The notes under the pieces were generated by a model. The model ran no database searches. It saw only the letters and a program-made list of their open reading frames with translations, and was not told where the DNA came from. A program made the translations under genes and the position numbers. DNA of 63,485 bases, filler included, from Olpidium bornovanus S191 (Eukaryota; Fungi; Olpidiomycota), in the NCBI GenBank assembly GCA_017911155.1. It is 25 parts of 25 records of this genome, joined end to end, with 100 filler letters (N's around TTAATTAATTAA, not from the genome) between each part and the next. Parts side by side here need not be neighbours in the genome. Positions count along the whole stretch, not along the records: positions 8,649 to 12,914 come from JAEFCI010005610.1; positions 13,015 to 15,760 come from JAEFCI010007533.1; positions 15,861 to 17,195 come from JAEFCI010012201.1; positions 17,296 to 19,248 come from JAEFCI010006614.1; positions 19,349 to 24,127 come from JAEFCI010009535.1; 20 more parts are not named here. The stretch is one strand, 5' to 3'. How positions within the stretch are numbered: the stretch's first letter is position 1; every line of letters starts with the position of its first letter. This document shows, one piece after another, positions 12,002 to 22,025 of this stretch.

Positions 12002-12264
12002 ATGAGATCCCTCCTCCCCGCAGGCTTGTCCGTCCTGTGTTTGGCGGCCGTGCTGGTCACCGCGCACTCCACCGCCTGTCACAAACGCGACAACTGGACG
12101 GTGCGTGCCCCTCCCCCCCCCTCCCTCCTCTCCTCCCGCGACGCCGGAGAAAACGTCGGAACGGCCGCCCATGTGGTTCCACGAAATAGCCGGAGTTTTA
12201 GTACCGAAGCCTTTTTTTGGCATTTCAGCGCTCTCCGCTGATACCCCCTCCCCGTCTTCCCCCC

Positions 12265-12297
<33 letters not shown>

Positions 12298-12914
12298 TTA
12301 TCCCAAAAACGCGCGATAAAATAAAAAAGTGCGTCGAGCCCGTGTATCCGGACGAATACGACGGGTATTTCGCGGACTTCTGCCCTCGCGAGGGCGAGTG
12401 GGAAATCTGGAAAAGGCCTCAGCGGAGCCGCTGCTGCTATCCGCGCGTCAAACGCGGCGTGAGTGAAAAAAGGGCGCGTCAGTCGGCTTGCGCTTTTTTG
12501 GCCGAAGACGCGAGCGACGTCCGGCGACGGCTCGCGGGGCTGAAACCCCGCTTCTTTTTTTTTTTTGGGCCTTCGTCCCGACGTATCCAGTCAACGTACC
12601 CTGTGCGGTTCTCTTCGCGCTATACTCAGTCGATCGCCGATATGGTGACCGTGGGCCTGTTGAACGTCAAAGACATCAAGCCGTTTCCCAAAGACGTGGT
12701 CCTGAGACGAGTCACGGAGGACGAGATCCGCCGTTCGCGAGGGAACCTGCCCGTGGTGATCCCCGTGAGTGGCGCCCTCGACCGGCACCCCCTTTTTTTA
12801 GCTACCGACAGTATAAAATCTGACGAAGAAAAACGTCGTGTGGTTTTGTCGTTCGCCAAAATGTTCGGCGGTTCCCGCGGCCGCCGCTGTGCGGCCCCCC
12901 CCCCCCCCCCCCCC
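12002..12914 (+). CDS. Putative secreted protein of unknown function, 3' truncated
   Basis: Signal-peptide-like MRSLLPAGLSVLCLAAVLVTAHSTA, then GT-AG spliced exons encoding KCVEPVYPDEYDGYFADFCPREGEWEIWKRPQRSRCCYPRVKRG and STYPVRFSSRYTQSIADMVTVGLLNVKDIKPFPK. Confidence 0.6.
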
Positions 12915-13227
12915 NNNNNNNNNNNNNNNNNNNNNNNNNNNNNNNNNNNNNNNNNNNNTTAATTAATTAANNNNNNNNNNNNNNNNNNNNNNNNNNNNNN
13001 NNNNNNNNNNNNNNCATGGAATGGTTGGTATTAGGGGATCACCGCACATACGAAGAGAGGCAGTGTCCAATGCGTACCCAAGGGCGGACGAAAGACAGGC
13101 CTCTGTCCGAAGGAGCGAATTCTTCCAAATGAAAAAAAGCAGCGCTGCCTTTCATTTGACCGTTTCCATCTGAGAACGTTGTTCTCGAACGTTATTTTTT
13201 TTTGCGAATCTTTCCCGGCTCGGTTAG

Positions 13228-14656
13228 GCACCCGGACAAGAACGCACACAGAAAAGAGGTCGGTACGTCGCCGCTCTAATCAGGAACCGCCAGAATGTTG
13301 AGACAAATGCACCACGTTTGATTTGCTTTTCCCAGGAGTCCGAACGGATGTTCAAAGAGATTGGCGAGTCGTACGAGGTATTGAGGGACCCGCAATTGCG
13401 CTCGTTATACGACACACATGGTGAGCACGCGAGTGAAGACGAATAATCAGGAAGATGTCAAAGTAAAGAGCTCATATTTCAACTTTGCAAAGGTTTTGAA
13501 GGCCCAAGGGCAAATGTACCTCAAGGTGTGATTCTGACCCGGACTTGTTTATGAAAATGTTTTCGAGTAAGACGTTGACGGTTTCATCTCCTGTTTTTCC
13601 AAGGCCCTCGTGCTCAGCCACAGGTGCACACGTCGTTTTCAACGCGGAGTAGTGCAGATTTGCCATGCAGCATGTTGACTGGCTGTTTTACGGGAAATGT
13701 AGTACCAATTCCACTCCGCGAGGGACATCTTTGCCGAATTCTTCGGGGGGGAAGATCCGTTCTCAAACTTCGGTTCGTTGCTTTTCGAGGAGCTTGGCTG
13801 CCACTGGTGTAATCGAGCTGTTGCCTAACCCTGTCCGTGGTCTTGTCCGCTTTCTGCATCTACGAGGGTTTGGCGGATCAATCTTCGGTCACCGAGATCC
13901 ATTCTCCATGCTGTTCGGTGATCCGATCAGGACCCGCGGCGGCAACTGGGTCCACGCCCAGCCAAACCCGTTTGCATCCCCATTCTTTTCGGCCGGCGCT
14001 TCCCGGTTGGGCCGGCTCGCAGACGACTTTTCGCCGGCGATGTCGTTTCTGCATGGCGGAGATTCTTTCTCTGTGTTCGGGAACGACCCATTTTTCTCCG
14101 GTGGCCATATGTTTGGCGGCATGGAGACGTCGGGTAGATTCGGAACGCTTCCCGCTCCGAACTCCGGCACGTCGATGTCATATTCATTTTTCGGCGACAA
14201 CGGTGAGACACGCCAGACAACGACGAGCTTCGTAACCGGGCAGCGGACTGTCACGACGAAGATAACAGATTCACAGGTGGGGTTTCTACAAGAAAATTCT
14301 TTGCTTTTCTGTAGTTTAGTACCCCTATGCTTTGGCGATACGTTGACGGCGGCGATATTTGCCATCAATTCGCAGGGAAACGTGTCAATCACGCAGGAAT
14401 TTCCGAACGGGCAAAAAACAACTACAGTGAACGGCATCCCCTCAACCTCCATGTTGCCGGGAGCACAGCAAACGCAAAGTCGCCATGTTGGCAACAACGG
14501 TAAACTACTTGGCAATATTTTTCGCCCACGCGGCCCGCGCACTAATCTCCTGTGAACGGGCGGTTTTTGGGCGGTGTTGTTGACTACAGGTCATTCCTTG
14601 TCTCTTGTTTCGTAGGTGGTTCGGCACACAGCGTAGACTATCAGCGCTTTCGCTGA
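13228..14656 (+). CDS. Class B J-domain co-chaperone (DNAJB6/B8-like), 5' exon(s) missing
   Basis: HPDKN motif exon at 13228, then ESERMFKEIGESYEVLRDPQLRSLYDTHG, G/F region FHSARDIFAEFFGGEDPFSNF, and an S/T-rich C-terminal domain (RQTTTSFVTGQRTVTTKITD). Predicted stop at 14654-14656. Confidence 0.85.
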
Positions 14657-17295
14657 TAGAGTTGAACTCTAGTCGAGAGTTGTGCTTTTGTCACCTATCC
14701 TGCAATTCCCTTTCTGCGAAGCTTGCAAATTTCTCCCCGGTTCTTCCGTTCTCAAGATAGCCGAATGGTAAGCGTGGGACCCAGGCATGGGATTGTCAGC
14801 CTTTCGTCGCCCCCGACCATTACACGTCCACCTTCCTTCGCCTTGCCGTCTATCACGACACTTTGCAGTGTCATTCATAGCCCCCTCCACCCTCCTTCCC
14901 TCCCCGGTTCTTCGTTTCTTTTGGCCAGGGGGTCGCCGTCGACTTCCAAATAAGCAGTAGATGCACATGTCGACGATTCACAAGGCCGCTTTCCTGGGTT
15001 CTCACCGGGATTCCATGTGCGGTCAAACGTGGTCCTTCGGTTTCGGAAATGACCGAGAAGTGATTGGGAACGGACGGGAACGGCTAACGCAGATCACAGC
15101 CGGAATGCCGGGAATGGAATGCGGTAACGCGAAAATCAAAGTCGGCAGCAAGTCCTTCCGCTGTCCGCGGAGCTGGTACATAGCCCGGTGCTGATCATGG
15201 CCCAGCGTCCCGATCCGTCCGTTCACCCCCGAGACAATCCCAAAAACCAAACCCGTCAAAAAAATTTTTTTTATAAATTTTTTTCGGAGCACAGCAAACG
15301 CTGAGCGTTGGTTCATTCGGTGCTTGCGACCGGGCAGACATGGGTATTACCAACCACCGCCCCGCCCCACCCCAACCCCCGCCCCGCGTCAACCCCCCAC
15401 CCCCCCTCGCACAAAGGCCATTTTACAAGGTTTGAAGGTGTTGGGGAAAGCTTCTTCTTCTTTCCGTCTTCCTTCCTCTCCCCTTTGTTTGCGGTTTTGA
15501 CGGCGGGAGGGAGAAGCCCACTGGAGCTCCCCTCCCCGTCTTTGGCATCTTTGATCACGTGACCGTAGAGCGCACTCTTCCGGTTCACAACAGGAGAGGC
15601 AATCGCTGAGGCCCAAGTGCGTTTGCAAAAAGAAAAGGAGGTATTTTATCAATAAAAAATAGGTCCTAATCTTATTAGGTGGTGTCAAACCATTATAGGG
15701 CAGTTTTCTCGTATTACCGGCTTCCTGATGGCTGTATCACTCGGGATACGGTGGTGTGGGNNNNNNNNNNNNNNNNNNNNNNNNNNNNNNNNNNNNNNNN
15801 NNNNTTAATTAATTAANNNNNNNNNNNNNNNNNNNNNNNNNNNNNNNNNNNNNNNNNNNNCATGCCAGGAAGGGGAATCCCCCTTGAAAATGGACCAATA
15901 AGAAATCAGAATAGAATGTCGCAGGGGGTTGTTTTCTTCTTTTCCGTGCTGAACCTAGATATTGAACTGCGTTATGCTCTCACGGAAAATACCACGGTAA
16001 CCCCGGCAATACGCCCCGGCTGCCGAGGTAAAACACGCTCTTCCAAACGTGTCACCCCCCCCCCCCCCCGTGCAGCATGTTTCAACCCGAAAGTTCAAGC
16101 GCATTTAGCCCACCATCCCCCCGGCACTCGAGAGAGCACCTTCTCTTTTCTGTGCCGCCCTCGCCAGCACAGGACAACCCCATCCCGTCCTGCTTCTCCC
16201 ACCGCGGCCACGTTCTCGTGGAGTCCCCCCTCCCCCCTGACGCTGCGCAGCGGTGCTGGTGAATTTCCGGGAGAAAAAAAAGCCCCGCAATGTCGTCTTG
16301 CACGACTTACGAAAGCGAAGTTCGGTCTGATTAGAAAGGATTATGCCAAAAAAAAAACCAAACAAACTTCCGCCGAACTTCCACCTGACCTCCGCCATCC
16401 TGAAATCGTGCGAAAATGCAGCCGCTTAGGAAGGAAGGTGGGGGGTGTGGGGGGGCGACGTCACCGGGGCGGCGGAAAGGCGTGATGGCGGCAGCGCGGC
16501 GCGGCGGAAGGGACGTGAAGGCGGGGCAACGCGGCGTTGCGGGGTGGCAGACGGCGGCGGGTCCGGCACGGCGGGGATGGCAGACGGCGGTGGCTACGGC
16601 GGCGGCGCAGGGGTAGTTTTGGTGGGCCGCTCGCCGGAGCGTGTTTTGCGCAAGTACGCTTCGTCCACCCTGGAAAACGCCTCTGGCAACCGTTTTAATT
16701 TTTGCAAAACACGCGCATAATTAAACGGAAATACGCCCGTGTGTTCGTTGGCGTAATTTTGGTGTAAGCAACCAACTTGCGGCTGGTCGGCCTAGTTGGC
16801 CAATGAACACAACTAATTACATTCTATTGATGTTTTAAACGAACGCGCTTCAAAAAAAATTTTTAGTGCGAACCCCCTGAATGTTTTTCCACGTCCCGTC
16901 CCGTATGCCCAAACCACATCTTCCCTCATCGAATCTCGGCCCTTTTCCCCTCGCACCTCTTGCTCATCCCGGAAGTCTTGGTGATTCCATAATTGTCGCG
17001 CTGACTTACGTGTGAAATGCGCCTGTTACATAACCGAAAAACGTATTCAGCCGGGCGGCAGATCACGTAGGTGACAGACGGCGGTCTGGTTTCTGTCTGT
17101 TACGGTTATGTTAAAATAGCATAGGTACAGCAACTCGGTGCAACAGAGGAAGATTGTTTAGGACCTAATCTATACAAGTCCTGTCTCTGACATGGNNNNN
17201 NNNNNNNNNNNNNNNNNNNNNNNNNNNNNNNNNNNNNNNTTAATTAATTAANNNNNNNNNNNNNNNNNNNNNNNNNNNNNNNNNNNNNNNNNNNN

Positions 17296-17909
17296 ACATG
17301 GACGACTTCTCGTGGGGCACCACCCGCGTCGTCGTGGGCGACAACAACAAGAAACAGGTGTACGTCACGGAGGAAGAGAAGTTCGATCCGAGGTCCATCC
17401 CGCTGAGGAAGTGGACAGAGTACGAGGCCGAACTGTGGGAGAACACGTCGGACGTCTCGCGGTCATCCCGGCGCAGCGCGGCGTCCAAATCGTCCCATCG
17501 AAGCTCGGCGTCCAAGGCGTCCCGCGGGTCCAAGCGGCGCAGCTCCGCCGCTTCCAAACGGCGCAGCTCCGCCCGCTACGTTCCGGGCTTCGGCGGGCCC
17601 CCTTCCGACGCGGATTTCGTAACCAGCTACATCCCCCTCGGCGTCGACCCCGCATCGTTCGCCGGCGCCGGCGCCAGGGCGTCGCAGCCGTCCGCACCCG
17701 CTCTCAGGCCCGCGGGGACGCCCGACGCGCCGCCGACCGACGACGAGCTGACGATGGAAATCCGTTACATCATCGCCAACGAAAACCTCATGGAGCTGAC
17801 GAAGAAGCAGATCCGCGAGAAGCTCCAGGTCTTTTTCGGCTGCGACCTCTCGGGACGAAGGGAATTCATCAACCGCACGGTCGAGGATGTGCTGCAGGGC
17901 AAAATCTAG
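17296..17909 (+). CDS. Class V/VII (myosin-motor-type) chitin synthase, C-terminal exon with DEK-C domain
   Basis: MDDFSWGTTRVVVGD...FDPRSIPLRKWTEYE and PTDDELTMEIRYIIANENLMELTKKQIREKLQVFFGCDLSGRREFIN are hallmark motifs. Confidence 0.93.
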
Positions 17910-18529
17910 GTGTTTTCCCCCGGAAGTGACTTGCCCACCGCACGAGTCGACAAAATCCGGAAACGTCGCCCCCTGCCGTCCGCTCCCCTCCTATCCTACC
18001 CCCGGGTTCAGCTGACGCAGCGCTTCTGTCTCCAGTGGTACCTTGCGCGTAAGGCCTGTACACGACTGCGCTTATACGTTTTCATCTTACGTGCAGGCGG
18101 AGAGGACGGGGGCAGTTTGAGGTGACGTTCGGAGGCTGTGAACTGGAAAAGGAATTTTTTTTTCTTTTGTTGTGCGTTGACCTGGAAGGGCGTCGCGTGA
18201 AATTTGCGCGTGCGAGGACGGAGAAAGTCGTGCGGCGCGCGCACTCAGAGAATCGCGCGATGAACGGCCGGTCAAAGAGCGCGGCTCTGCCACGCCCGGG
18301 CGAATTCCACATCCAACCCGAAACGGCGTCTTCGGCACCAAACGAGCTCTGCCAATGGAGCGCGGACGCCTGAACAGAGGGATTTCATCGGTTCCCATTC
18401 GCAAAAAGGGTGTGTCGTGTGTAGCAGATCACCTGGCCCTCTCAATCGGTGTATTCCCCGTCCCACCTTCCCCTTCACCCAACCGCCGCAGATGCGGCTT
18501 CCCTTCCCCCCCTCAACCCCCTTTGCAAG

Positions 18530-18904
18530 TGTTGCAAATCGCTCGGCAACCGCCAAGTCCCCTCCGGTTCAGCTCTGGCTCCGGCTAACGACGTGCGCGA
18601 CGACGTCCGCGGCGGCGCACCCGGCGACGGACGCACTGACGCCCGCGTACGTTTCGAACGCGTACGTTCGTACACGACGACGCACGCGGCGGCGTACGCG
18701 GCGACGTACGCGGCGACGGACGCGACAACGGACGCGGCGGCGCACGCGACGCCGTCCGTGGCAACGTATTAATTTAAAATTGAGCGAGACTTTTGTTGTG
18801 TTGCGTTGCCCTGTAGTTCACCCACTAGTTGAACTGTACCTCTCCGCCACTTTTCCTCTCCCCCGCCTCTCTCGTCCACAATAAAACAACGCGGTTCTTC
18901 AACA
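18530..18904 (+). mobile_element. 5' LTR of a Ty1/copia-type element (375 bp)
   Basis: TGTTG...CAACA termini, internal 12-bp tandem repeats (about 18676-18760), AATAAA near the 3' end, and a PBS immediately after. Confidence 0.8.
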
Positions 18905-18916
18905 GGTTATGAGCCC
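18905..18916 (+). promoter_or_regulatory. Primer binding site complementary to the anticodon arm of initiator tRNA-Met
   Basis: GGTTATGAGCCC is the reverse complement of GGGCTCATAACC in eukaryotic tRNAi-Met. This half-tRNA priming is known from Drosophila copia and yeast Ty5. Confidence 0.85.
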
Positions 18917-19248
18917 AAGGGCGCCCTGTCCGCGAGCCTGAGCCCAACGGCGCCCTGTCCGCGAGCCTGAGCCCAACGGCGCCCTGTCCGCGAGCCTGAG
19001 CCCAACGGCGCCCTGCCCGTGACCTCCTGACCTCCTGACCTCCCGACCTTCCCCTGTCGCTCCATCGTCCTCCAAAGAAAGAGAAGCGGCGCGCTATCCG
19101 TTGGCGCCGCCGCCGAGAGCAAAAGTCGAGCCGCGCGCCATCCGTTGGCGCCGCTACCGCGCAGAAGGAGGGGAGGAGCCCGCAGAGGGGAAGCCGCGCG
19201 CCATCCGTTGGCGCCGCCGCCGAGGGCCAAGTCGAGCCGGGCGCCATC
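18910..19248 (+). repeat. Tandem repeats in the copia leader
   Basis: About 4 x 29 bp TGAGCCCAA(G/C)GGCGCCCTGTCCGCGAGCC, then 3 x 8 bp TCC(T/C)GACC, then dispersed CGCGCCATCCGTTGGCGCCGC units. Confidence 0.9.
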
Positions 19249-19370
19249 NNNNNNNNNNNNNNNNNNNNNNNNNNNNNNNNNNNNNNNNNNNNTTAATTAA
19301 TTAANNNNNNNNNNNNNNNNNNNNNNNNNNNNNNNNNNNNNNNNNNNNCACCGTCGTCGCCGTCGCCGTC

Positions 19371-19403
<33 letters not shown>

Positions 19404-19662
19404 TCTCTCTCTCTCGCACTCTGGTCTTCTTCTTTTTCCCCCTTCTCGGCGCTTTTTTTTTTTTTTTTTTTGTCTCCGTTTTTTTTTTTTTTTTTTTTTT
19501 TCCCGCCCTCTCTCTCCCGCCGCCCAACCGCCCCCGACGCAAAGCACAAGACCCAACAAGAACGCAATCCAGAAAAGAAACAAAAAAAAAAAAAAAAAAA
19601 TTATAGAGAAAAAAAAAAATCGCTTCCCCTCCGAAGAGAGAGAGCTCCTGCACTCCGCCCAA

Positions 19663-20880
19663 ATGCACCGCGGAGCGCCGCCGCCGCCTGCCCTTGACCC
19701 AGAAGCCCCGGCACCGCCGCCAGGAGGAGGGCGAGCGGGAGAACAGGATCAGCCGCGGCCCGCCGCCGCGACCCGCAAGCGCCCGCTGCCTGAGCACGGC
19801 GCCGAAGGGGAGGACGGGGAACGCGGCGGCGGCGGCGGCGGCGGCGGCGCCGAGGATGGCCGGCTCCTTTCCCCGGGAAGCCGCCGCCGGCGCCGCCTGG
19901 GGGAGCGGGGCGAGAGCGGCGGCGGCGGCGTCCCGAGCGAAGAGGAGCAGGAGGACGGGAAGGAGGAGGAGGAGGAGGACGACGACGACAACGTAACATG
20001 CGCGAGGGGAAGCCCCGCCGGGCGCGCGGCAGGTCCCGCGGGGTTCCCGCGGGAGGAGGAGCAGGAGCAGGAGGAGGAGGAGGAGGAGGAGCAGGAGGGG
20101 GAGGAGGGGAATTCCGCGGCCGCCGGGGAGCCGGCGCCGGCGCCGGGCCTCCCGTCCCCCGGCCCCCCCGCCTTGGAGGACTGGCGGACGTGCTGGGACG
20201 ACGCCACGGGGAACTGGTACTTTTACAGCCTGACGACGGGCGAGACGACCTGGGAGAACCCGTACCCCGCCGAGCCGGCCGCGGCGGCGGCGGCCGGCGC
20301 GCCCGCGCGGGAGCCGCGCCAGTACCAGCAGCAGTGGCAGCGGCCGCACGAGCCGCCGCGCCACCCGTACGAGGGCTGGGGCGGGGCCCCGGAAACGCCG
20401 GCGGGCCCCGACCCGCTGCGCGAGCTTCTCGACAGGACGGACCGCGTCCGCGCCGCGCTGGGAGCTCCGCCCGACGAGGAGGAGGGCCGGGAGGAGGAAG
20501 GGAAGGAGGAGGAGTCGCCGGCGGCGCCGCCGTCCCCGTCGCCGTGGGCCGACGACCCGGCCGGCCCCTTCCCGAGCGGCGCCGGCGCGCCCGACTACAC
20601 CTTCCGGGCGCTCTTCAACAAGCGCACGGGCAAGTTCCAGCCCGCCGAGTCGTACCTCGGCGACCCGCGCGAGCGCTTCTCGCAGATCTCAAAGGCCGAG
20701 CGGCAGTGCGGCATCTACTTCGACTACAAGTCGTGGGTCGAGTGCCGCGCGGACTCGTCGCCGTCCGCCGACCGGAGGAAGGCCGACAGCCGCCCCAAAA
20801 CCAAGAAGGAGATCGAGACGTACAAGGCCCGGAAGAGGGAGAGGAAGATGATGAAGCAGCGCGCTTGGCTCGCCGATTGA
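19663..20880 (+). CDS. WW-domain protein of a conserved fungal family, apparently single exon
   Basis: WW domain WRTCWDDATGNWYFYSLTTGETTWENP. C-terminal block FNKRTGKFQ...KAERQCGIYFD...KRERKMMKQRAWLAD. Confidence 0.85.
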   Translation: MHRGAPPPPALDPEAPAPPPGGGRAGEQDQPRPAAATRKRPLPEHGAEGEDGERGGGGGGGGAEDGRLLSPGSRRRRRLGERGESGGGGVPSEEEQEDGKEEEEEDDDDNVTCARGSPAGRAAGPAGFPREEEQEQEEEEEEEQEGEEGNSAAAGEPAPAPGLPSPGPPALEDWRTCWDDATGNWYFYSLTTGETTWENPYPAEPAAAAAAGAPAREPRQYQQQWQRPHEPPRHPYEGWGGAPETPAGPDPLRELLDRTDRVRAALGAPPDEEEGREEEGKEEESPAAPPSPSPWADDPAGPFPSGAGAPDYTFRALFNKRTGKFQPAESYLGDPRERFSQISKAERQCGIYFDYKSWVECRADSSPSADRRKADSRPKTKKEIETYKARKRERKMMKQRAWLAD

Positions 20881-22025
20881 GGAAAAAAAAAAAAAAAAAA
20901 AACACACTTCGGAGCCCCGCACCCCCGCGGGCGATCCCCCCTTGTAGCCGCGCGCGGTCCTCCTTTTCTTTGAGAAGAGAGCGCCGGCGAGGGGGAGGGC
21001 CCGGCGGCGGCGGCGGCGCGCCGTTATATTAAAGAAATTCGAACTCTGTTCCTCGATGTCGTGCTATCAAGCAGCACGGTTTGAGGAGAAAAAAAAAAAA
21101 AAAGAAAAAAACACAGCCCGCCGCTTTCCGGACTCGAGAGGAGTTTGTGTTTGGTTGGGCCGGGGAAGGAGAGAGGGAGGAGGAAGGAGGGGGGGGGGGG
21201 GGGGGGCAGGGGGTTTTTGGACAGAAAAGGGTGTGTTGCCGGTGTTGATGACAGTAAAGCCGGACGGAGAACCACCAGGAGAACCCGCAGGCGGAGCCGT
21301 AGTGAGCCTCGTGAGACGAAGGTTGGAAGAAAACTGTGCGGGAGGTAGACGCTGCGCACACTCCGCATCCTGAACGCCCGTAGAAAGGATCCTCGGAGAA
21401 AGGTTGCCTCGTCGCGCGCGCGCATCCACCACCACCACACCCTTCCCCCCTTGCCCTGTCAACATACAGTTCCCCGCAGCGGACGAAACCCCCCCCCCCC
21501 TCCCTCCTTCCCCACCCGGGCTGGCTGCTGCTGCTACTGCTGCTACTCGACGGGGGGGCGTGAACGGATCTCGATTGCCAAAAAAAAACGCGCGAAAAAT
21601 TACTGGTACATCCTGGGAGCGCCGGGAACGCTGTTTCGTTTTGCCGGCGGGAATCCCGGCCGTCGGGAGGCGGGGGCCGCATGTGTGCGGCAGGGGCGTG
21701 CGCGTATGTGGGTGTGGGGGGCTGGGGAAAGAGTGGGGAGAAGGGGGGGTGGAAGGAGGAAGGATGGGGCACACGCCAGCCAAAACGTGTGCTGGCCGAT
21801 GTTTTCGTACGTAGGGGAGGGGAAGAGGTCTTCGACGTGATTTGCAACACCCGTCACGAGCAACGGCGGCGACGTGTGGCCGGCTGTCCGGCCGAGGCCC
21901 GAAGGTGGGCGCCGTGCGATCGGAACAGACCTGCCGCGAGAATGCCGCGGGCTCTGCCGTTGCCCACCGGTCGGGGGCGGGCGGCGGCGGCGGCGGCGGC
22001 GGCGTACGTGGGGGCGCGCGGACGT

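Noticed and set aside
15861-17195. Contig with a GC-rich repeat-like stretch and short inverted motifs, possibly a transposon end
   Set aside because: No TIR, LTR, PBS or coding motif could be established, so it is left unassigned.
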